The translations under genes and the position numbers were made by a program. From positions 157,458-181,457 of the forward strand of contig NZ_JAEVHF010000010.1 in NCBI RefSeq assembly GCF_018263925.1: a DNA stretch of 24,000 bases, in the 5' to 3' direction. The stretch is from Kistimonas asteriae (GTDB taxonomy: Bacteria; Pseudomonadota; Gammaproteobacteria; Pseudomonadales; Endozoicomonadaceae). Below, piece by piece: positions 10,201 through 15,964 of the stretch (position 1 is its first letter; each line of letters opens with the position of its first letter). The notes below the pieces were generated by a model. It worked only from the letters and a program-made list of their open reading frames with translations, was not told the origin of the DNA and did not search any database.

Positions 10201-10224
10201 GTCAACAACGTATTCTTTGTTGAC
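10201..10224. promoter_or_regulatory. Perfect 8-bp inverted repeat overlapping a consensus TTGACA hexamer
   Basis: GTCAACAA (10201-10208), 8-nt spacer, TTGTTGAC (10217-10224). TTGACA at 10220-10225 has no good -10 hexamer at 17 +/- 1 bp. Function not established. Confidence 0.25.
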
Positions 10225-10429
10225 ACTTTATTTACAAAGCTTGCACTTATGTCCCAAAGCAGTTATAAAATTCCGCATACCTTGAACAGGTTGAGCCACA
10301 GCGCACAATAATAAAACTGTTGTCCGGGATGTTCGAAATTGCCGGCAAAACAGACAGAACAATAAAAGCAGCATAATAAGAACAATAAAGCGGAAACCTC
10401 ACAATGTTCAGAGACCCATCCTCAGACCG

Positions 10430-10699
10430 ACACTCCGTCGACGCCCGGAACACCGAAGCCCTGGTCTGCGCTGGCAATGCCTGCCTCGCCGTCAGTCTGG
10501 CCGTTGTGTTCCTCTGGACGCTCTGGTAACCGCGGATTCCGCAGGAATCCAATCGGCTTCGTGCGTCCGCTCGTTGTTAAGCATTCGCGGAATGGACGTG
10601 GAAGGCGGTCCGGGTCGCTCCCGGTCCGACATGCAATGTACACTGCATTGCAGTACAGGGAAGGCTAACGCCTGAACATGCAACTGGAGACTAATAATA
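10430..10699 (+). promoter_or_regulatory. GC-rich, hairpin-dense candidate 5' leader of the five-gene cluster
   Basis: Non-coding in all frames by eye. Perfect hairpins: GGATTCC-gca-GGAATCC (10534-10550), CCGGG-tcgct-CCCGG (10610-10624) and ACTGCA-t-TGCAGT (10642-10654). Nine GGA triplets between 10447 and 10690, the last one in the SD (GGAG 10686-10689). Confidence 0.3.
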
Positions 10700-12037
10700 A
10701 TGAAAGGCCTTAAGAAACTGCCTCTGGCAATTGCCATCTCCTCAGTCATGGCTGCCACAGCCCAGGCTGAACTGAAAGCGCTGGAAGACGAAGCCATGTC
10801 GGAAATGACGGGGCAGTCTGGTATTACCATTGAAATGGAAATGCAGGCTGAAGTCGGTGCTGTTACGTATACCGATGAAGGCTCTATCCGTCTTGAAGGT
10901 ATTACTCTTGATAACAATGGTGGCGCACTGAACCAGACCATCAATATTGATATGCTTGAAAAGTCTGACTTGGCTGCTGGTCCTGGCGCTGCAACCAAGG
11001 CTGCTGGCGATATCATCAAGGTTGGCATCAGCAATATGGAAATGGATGTTGAAGTGGATGCGATTCGTACAGGTGATGCCAGCGCAGCCAGCTTGGGTCA
11101 GCTGAATATTGAAGACATTGCTATGAATGGCACAGACATGTATGTCTACGCCCTCGATGGCAAAAAAGGTATCGGTGTTGATGCAATTATCAACCAGTCA
11201 ATCGGGCGCGTAAGCTTCACCGATATTGATCCTAATGCTGCAAATGGTGCTGAAGATGGCGGTACCGTAGCACTCAACGATATCAAAATATCCACTTTGG
11301 ATATGACAGGTACTGAGGTTACTGTTATTGATGGCGCTGAAAATCCTTACGGCACTTTCGATGCTGTGAAAGTAACCATGCCTGGTATCAATAATGGATC
11401 TATTTCTGTTGGTGGTATTCAGGTTGGTAGCGCGACTGATGATACTTATGACCAGTTCAATCAGACTATCGGTGCTGTAGAGCTGAATGGTCTCAATCTT
11501 GCCGGTACTGATATGTACGTTTATGCACCAGATACTGGCAGCGGTATCCGTGTGACCCAGCAAATGAACGTTACCTTGGGTGAAGTCACTTATGTTGCTG
11601 GCGTTCTGGATGCAGATACTGCTGATAAAACCGTTACTGCTTTAACAGCGAAGAAAGCTCAGGTAGATGGACTGATAGGCACGCTTGATCCTGTCGCTGA
11701 TGCCGCTCAAATTGCTCAATTGACTGCAGCATCTAACGATCTGGGTAACAAGATTGCCGTTGCTGATAAGGTTTACTATAAGAGCGGTGAGCTTGGTGGA
11801 ACAGGAAGAACTGGTGATGGCGTAGGTTCTGTGACATTGTCAAATGTCAGCCTGACTTCAGATATCAGCACTATCGCTATTGATGTTGATGCAAGTAATC
11901 ACCTTGTAATTGACGCCCCAATGACTAACGCCAATATCACAGTCGGTGCCATCAATGTTGGTGACGGCAATCTGGGTGGTTTGGCCATCACTGGTCTTAA
12001 TATGACAACCAATAGTATCTCTGTATATGCACATTAA
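10700..12037 (+). CDS. Secreted Gly/Thr/Asp/Asn-rich three-repeat protein, first gene of a fil-like cluster (FilA/DUF6160-like by recollection)
   Basis: 445 aa. Sec signal KKLPLAIAISSVMAATAQA|EL. Then an acidic amphipathic stretch ELKALEDEAMSEMTGQ. No Cys. Three internal repeats, each ending in ...GTDMYVYA or ...ISVYAH(end). SD GGAG lies 10 nt upstream. Confidence 0.85.
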   Translation: MKGLKKLPLAIAISSVMAATAQAELKALEDEAMSEMTGQSGITIEMEMQAEVGAVTYTDEGSIRLEGITLDNNGGALNQTINIDMLEKSDLAAGPGAATKAAGDIIKVGISNMEMDVEVDAIRTGDASAASLGQLNIEDIAMNGTDMYVYALDGKKGIGVDAIINQSIGRVSFTDIDPNAANGAEDGGTVALNDIKISTLDMTGTEVTVIDGAENPYGTFDAVKVTMPGINNGSISVGGIQVGSATDDTYDQFNQTIGAVELNGLNLAGTDMYVYAPDTGSGIRVTQQMNVTLGEVTYVAGVLDADTADKTVTALTAKKAQVDGLIGTLDPVADAAQIAQLTAASNDLGNKIAVADKVYYKSGELGGTGRTGDGVGSVTLSNVSLTSDISTIAIDVDASNHLVIDAPMTNANITVGAINVGDGNLGGLAITGLNMTTNSISVYAH

Positions 12038-12057
12038 GTTCGTATGACGCGATGAAT

Positions 12058-12092
12058 AAAAGGCCGACCGGTTTACCGGCCGGCCTTTTTTA
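12058..12092 (+). terminator. Strong rho-independent terminator/attenuator directly after gene 1 of the cluster
   Basis: AGGCCGACCGG (12061-12071), loop TTTA, CCGGCCGGCCT (12076-12086): 10 G-C pairs and one mismatch, then T6 (12086-12091). Starts 21 nt after the stop codon. Confidence 0.85.
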
Positions 12093-12114
12093 CTTAAACT
12101 GCACGAAAGTACGA

Positions 12115-12135
12115 AAAAATAAAAACAACAAAAAA
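12115..12135 (+). promoter_or_regulatory. (AAN)7 tract upstream of the C39 peptidase start codon
   Basis: AAA AAT AAA AAC AAC AAA AAA, ending 11 nt before ATG 12147. No GGAG-type SD present. Confidence 0.4.
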
Positions 12136-12146
12136 GACTGACTTCC

Positions 12147-12950
12147 ATGATTGAGATTCTGCTGGGCAGCCTGCTTGCCGTTTTCGGCGTCAATACCGCG
12201 TTTGAGGTCAAGCCAAAGGACGAGGGAACGGTCTACTTTGAACAGCAGACCGCCAGCATCCCGGTGACGGATCAGACCGCCGTTGAACCACTCTCTAAGT
12301 TTAAATACAAAAACATCATCCGGCAGACCTATGACTACAGTTGTGGGTCTGCCGCACTTACAACATTGCTGGATTACTATCTGGGACGAAACCTGACTGA
12401 ACGCCAGGTCATGGAAGGGCTGCTCAAATTCGGTGAAGCCGACAAGATTGTCGCCCGTCGCGGCTTCTCTCTGCTGGATATGAAACGTTTCACCCGTGCC
12501 ATCGGTCACAAGAGCGGTGGATTCCGCGCCAGTATGGATGACCTGGCCGATCTGGATCACCCGGCTATCGTGCCCATCGAATACGCGGGCTTTAAGCATT
12601 TTGTCGTGGTGCGGGAAGTGTATAACGGCCATGTCTATGTGGCCGATCCGGCAGTAGGGAATATCAGTTTTACCACTGAGCGGTTCAAGGAGGTCTGGGA
12701 TCGCAATGTGCTGTTTATCGTATTCCCGAACGGCCATGCGCCGCTGCCGAACCTGGAATTGCGTAACGAAGATATGCGGGTCGTCGATGAAAGCACGATT
12801 AACTACCTGGCTTTCCAGGAGTTCCCGCAGTTCAACAACCCGATGGAAAACCGCCTGAAAGATGCCGCCGCCATTCGTCGGCTGGAAAATGCTACAAGCA
12901 GCGGTGAGGTTGGCGGAAGTGTCGGTGGTATGTCTTATAAAAGGCAATAA
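12147..12950 (+). CDS. Stand-alone exported C39-family cysteine peptidase (bacteriocin-processing-type domain)
   Basis: 267 aa. N-terminal hydrophobic segment ILLGSLLAVFGV. QTYDYSCGSAALTTLLDYYLG (Gln60, Cys66) and KHFVVVREVYNGHVYVADP (His151, Asp167, 16-residue spacing) align with the ComA peptidase domain motifs QVDQMDCGVASLAMVFGYYG and LHYYVV...IADP as remembered. Confidence 0.9.
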   Translation: MIEILLGSLLAVFGVNTAFEVKPKDEGTVYFEQQTASIPVTDQTAVEPLSKFKYKNIIRQTYDYSCGSAALTTLLDYYLGRNLTERQVMEGLLKFGEADKIVARRGFSLLDMKRFTRAIGHKSGGFRASMDDLADLDHPAIVPIEYAGFKHFVVVREVYNGHVYVADPAVGNISFTTERFKEVWDRNVLFIVFPNGHAPLPNLELRNEDMRVVDESTINYLAFQEFPQFNNPMENRLKDAAAIRRLENATSSGEVGGSVGGMSYKRQ

Positions 12951-13049
12951 CATCGGATAAAAAAAGCCGGTAGAATGCCGTGAACTGGATCACAGCCGAG
13001 TGATACACCCACAACGTATCGCCGGCAAAGAACGAATAAGAAACATATA

Positions 13050-13067
13050 AAAAATAACAATAACAAG
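13050..13067 (+). promoter_or_regulatory. (AAN)6 tract upstream of the first beta-barrel gene
   Basis: AAA AAT AAC AAT AAC AAG, ending 11 nt before ATG 13079. The only purine run (AGGA) abuts the ATG, too close to serve as an SD. Confidence 0.4.
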
Positions 13068-13078
13068 AGCGTATCAGG

Positions 13079-14167
13079 ATGAAGTTTCGCATGTCTGCGT
13101 TAACCATGGGGATTGCCCTTGGCGGCCTGGCCTGGACCGGGTACGCTGCCGCCGCCAGCTCAACAGACGCCCGCAGCGCCCTGGCCAAACAGGACGGTGA
13201 CGCCGACCAGAGTAAGCAGCTTGAGGAAGTCTTCCAGGCGGCTGAGAAAAGTTACTCGCTGCTTAAATCCGGTGATACCCGGCTGACTTATTCCTTCAAT
13301 TATTCCAATACCCGTGACGCCAGGATTGATTTTGCCAATGCCACCGGCACCAATGGCACCGAGGTCGTCACCAACTTTGTCCGGAATACCACCGACCATA
13401 CCTTCACCAATACCTTCAGTTTTGATTACGGAATCTGGGACAACCTGACGTTCTCGGTGCGGATTCCGCTGGTTGCCAAGTATTCCGAGAATAAGTCTGT
13501 GGCGGCCGGCAGTTATATCAGTAAAGAAAAGACAGTGTATGGGGTTGGTGACGTTGGTTTAAGCCTCCGCTGGCAGCCATTTGAAGTTCGTCCCGGCCGG
13601 CCATCTCTGACACTGAACAGTTCCTTTAACCTGAAAACCGGCGAGAGTCCCTACGAGATCAATCCCGACAAGGATCTTTCCACGGGTAGCGGTTATTTCT
13701 CTCTCGGTTTCGGGGCGAGCCTTTCTCATGTTCTGGATCCGGTCGTGCTGTTTGGTTCTGTCGGTTACAACATCAACTTCGAAGAAACCGGCCTGAACCA
13801 GTACCAGGGGGATCCCACCAACCGGAACCTCAACCCGAATCAGGACACCCTGACGCTGTCATCCGTTAATCCCGGTGACAGTTACTCCATGAATATGGGG
13901 TTTGCCTATTCGCTCTCTTATGACGTTTCCATGAGTGCGTCCTATCAGATGTCCTATAGCCGGGAGAGTGTGTTCACGTTCAAGGATGGCCGGAGCGTGG
14001 ATTCGCCCTCCAGCACCTCGGGGATTGTCAATATGTCCCTGGGGCTGCGGATGTCGCCTACCTATATCGTCAATATCAATGCCGGTTTCGGCCTGACCGA
14101 GGATTCCCCGGATATCCTGCTGGGCTTTTCGCTGCCGCTCGACCTGGAGGGTCTGAAGGCGGAATAG
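13079..14167 (+). CDS. Putative outer-membrane beta-barrel protein (MetA-pathway/transporter-type channel family by recollection)
   Basis: 362 aa. Signal peptide LTMGIALGGLAWTGYAAAA|SS. GVGDVGLSLRW motif. Long runs of alternating polar/hydrophobic residues (YSMNMGFAYSLSYDVSMSASYQMSYS). No cytoplasmic-type motifs. The family call is from memory only. Confidence 0.72.
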   Translation: MKFRMSALTMGIALGGLAWTGYAAAASSTDARSALAKQDGDADQSKQLEEVFQAAEKSYSLLKSGDTRLTYSFNYSNTRDARIDFANATGTNGTEVVTNFVRNTTDHTFTNTFSFDYGIWDNLTFSVRIPLVAKYSENKSVAAGSYISKEKTVYGVGDVGLSLRWQPFEVRPGRPSLTLNSSFNLKTGESPYEINPDKDLSTGSGYFSLGFGASLSHVLDPVVLFGSVGYNINFEETGLNQYQGDPTNRNLNPNQDTLTLSSVNPGDSYSMNMGFAYSLSYDVSMSASYQMSYSRESVFTFKDGRSVDSPSSTSGIVNMSLGLRMSPTYIVNINAGFGLTEDSPDILLGFSLPLDLEGLKAE

Positions 14168-14238
14168 TTGTTCTGGCTGTTGAATGCCCCGGTTGTCCCG
14201 GGCTGCAAGACAAGCGAACGCTGGCTGACAGCTGATCT

Positions 14239-14258
14239 AATAACAAGAACAAGAAGAA
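14239..14258 (+). promoter_or_regulatory. (AAN)6 tract abutting the FadL-like gene start codon
   Basis: AAT AAC AAG AAC AAG AAG AA immediately followed by ATG 14259. No GGAG-type SD. Confidence 0.4.
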
Positions 14259-15893
14259 ATGCGCAGTATGATCAGGACTTTTTCAGGCTATGACAGACCC
14301 GGGTGGTGGGCGACGACACTAGTACTTTCGTACTTTTTGGTGTCGCCACTTCAGGCGCAGATGGCCCAGAACCTTACCATCGGCAATCCAAAAGCCATGG
14401 CTATGGCCAATGCGGTCACGGCGGACTTTGTCGGTTTGGACAATGTGCATTACAACCCGGCGGGACTGGTTGACCTGAAAGGTCGGCAGTTTGAAACCAA
14501 GGTCATTGCCGCCTACATGGATATCCGCGCCGAGTTTGAGCCCGGGGAAAATTACGACTTCTTTGGTTTTGATGCGGATGATGATCCCGTCTCCTACACC
14601 AAAAGTCAGACAGCGACGCCTGCCATGTATATTCCGGGTGTCGGACTGACCTCGGTACCGGCATTGATTGCACCCCTTAATGGTGTCTCCTTTAATCCCC
14701 CCGGCTCAAAGTTCACGTTTGCCAACAATCTTTATGCCCCCATGGCGCTCGGTTTCAGCCGGGATGAAGGGGATGATCCTGCGGCATTTCAAGGACAAAA
14801 GGTGGCGCTGCAGCGGATCACTTATCTGTCACCCTCCATTGGCTACAAAGTGAATGATCAGTTGGATGTGGGTCTGTCCGTTGGGTTCTCCCATCAGGCG
14901 CTGGCGATGGAACAGAAATTCCGTAGTCCGAATGATCTTTTGGCGTTGAATGCTAACCCGGCGATTCAGACATTGTTCTGTGATACGCCGGGCATCGATA
15001 TTTTGACGGCGATTTTCCTGGATATCTGTCAGGGGGATGCGAACCCTTTTGCGAATATGGCCGATATGTCACTCGAAATGACAGAAACCCTGTCTCCCAC
15101 TTATAACCTCGGCCTGCGTTGGAAGCCCTATGACTGGCTGCGCTTTGGTCTCGTATATCAGAGTGAAGCGAAGATGAATCTCAAGGGTGACTACTCCTTT
15201 GAGTATTCCGATGATTTTTTTGAATTCATGAAAGGCTTTGCCGGTGCCTATAACCCTTCGATCTTCGGGGCAGCGTTGATTGGTCCGATCAGTGCCAAGC
15301 AGAAGGAGGAGGGTATTGCTTCCATGAAGCTCACCTATCCGCAGCATATCTCGGGTGGCGTGAGTGTGGATCTGACGCCCAGGCTGACCATGAACTTTGA
15401 TTTGAAGTGGACCGATTATGATGTCTGGGAAAACTTCGTGATTGAATTTGACCGGCAGGTGATGGCCATGCAGTTTGCCACTATCCTGGCGCCGGCCAAT
15501 GCGCAACCCAACAGGATTGTCATGCCGCGGGGGTATGAGAGTAAGTGGAGCTGGGCGGTCGGATTTGAGTACGATGTCAGCAACCGTCTCAGCCTGCGTT
15601 GGGGCTATGAAAACCGGCCATCCTCCATCCCGGAAGACAAAGCCGATATCATGGCGCCCCTGGGGGACGCCCATATCATCGGTTTAGGCTTTGGCTACCA
15701 GTGGGATAAGGAATCTGTCGTGGATGTCGGTTTCCAGTATTTCTGGTCCAAGCAGGAAATTCCCGCAGGCACCAGCTGTAACGTCAATTGTGACGGCATC
15801 ACTGATCTGGTTTACAACCCCTATGCCGGAATGGATCTGGAGACCAGCATTAATGCCTACATCTTCTCACTCTCTTATCGGACCCGTTTCTGA
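14259..15893 (+). CDS. Outer-membrane protein transport protein, FadL/OMPP1/TodX family
   Basis: 544 aa. Signal WWATTLVLSYFLVSPLQAQ. Family NPAGL motif (VHYNPAGLVDL) early in the mature part. Beta-strand periodicity throughout. C-terminal aromatic beta-signal ...IFSLSYRTRF. Confidence 0.87.
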   Translation: MRSMIRTFSGYDRPGWWATTLVLSYFLVSPLQAQMAQNLTIGNPKAMAMANAVTADFVGLDNVHYNPAGLVDLKGRQFETKVIAAYMDIRAEFEPGENYDFFGFDADDDPVSYTKSQTATPAMYIPGVGLTSVPALIAPLNGVSFNPPGSKFTFANNLYAPMALGFSRDEGDDPAAFQGQKVALQRITYLSPSIGYKVNDQLDVGLSVGFSHQALAMEQKFRSPNDLLALNANPAIQTLFCDTPGIDILTAIFLDICQGDANPFANMADMSLEMTETLSPTYNLGLRWKPYDWLRFGLVYQSEAKMNLKGDYSFEYSDDFFEFMKGFAGAYNPSIFGAALIGPISAKQKEEGIASMKLTYPQHISGGVSVDLTPRLTMNFDLKWTDYDVWENFVIEFDRQVMAMQFATILAPANAQPNRIVMPRGYESKWSWAVGFEYDVSNRLSLRWGYENRPSSIPEDKADIMAPLGDAHIIGLGFGYQWDKESVVDVGFQYFWSKQEIPAGTSCNVNCDGITDLVYNPYAGMDLETSINAYIFSLSYRTRF

Positions 15894-15964
15894 CCCTCTA
15901 CGGTGTCGATTGGCTTGAAAGCGGGGCGGTAAGCAGGGAAGATGAGATCCGGGAGGGCGGCAGT

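Noticed and set aside
10472-10484. TGGCA...TGC, a sigma-54-like element upstream of the cluster.
   Set aside because: The GG-to-GC spacing is 8 nt rather than the required 10, and no enhancer-binding-protein gene is nearby.
10247-10668. Small ORFs (61-101 aa) in the pabB / cluster intergenic region.
   Set aside because: Arg/Pro/Ser/Gly-rich or Cys-rich nonsense-like products with no SDs and mutually overlapping frames. The region is treated as non-coding.
10520-10700. Resemblance to a cobalamin riboswitch: GAATCC...GCGTCCGC...TTGTTAAGC, then CACTG...GGGAAGGC, then CTGGAGAC near the start codon, in the same order as B12-element blocks.
   Set aside because: Each match is short and imperfect. 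The GGAATCC instead pairs with GGATTCC as a simple hairpin, and the B12-box match is essentially just the SD. An 8-mer such as GGGAAGGC is expected by chance in 24 kb. The downstream genes have no link to B12. Only cmscan could revive this.
10492-11034. 180-aa minus-strand ORF overlapping the start of gene 1, and a 201-aa ORF (15069-15674) antisense to the FadL-like gene.
   Set aside because: Low-complexity shadow translations opposite well-supported coding frames.
12090-12953. 287-aa ORF antisense to the whole C39 peptidase gene.
   Set aside because: The plus-strand frame carries the full C39 catalytic motifs. The antisense product has no motifs and has the composition of a shadow ORF.
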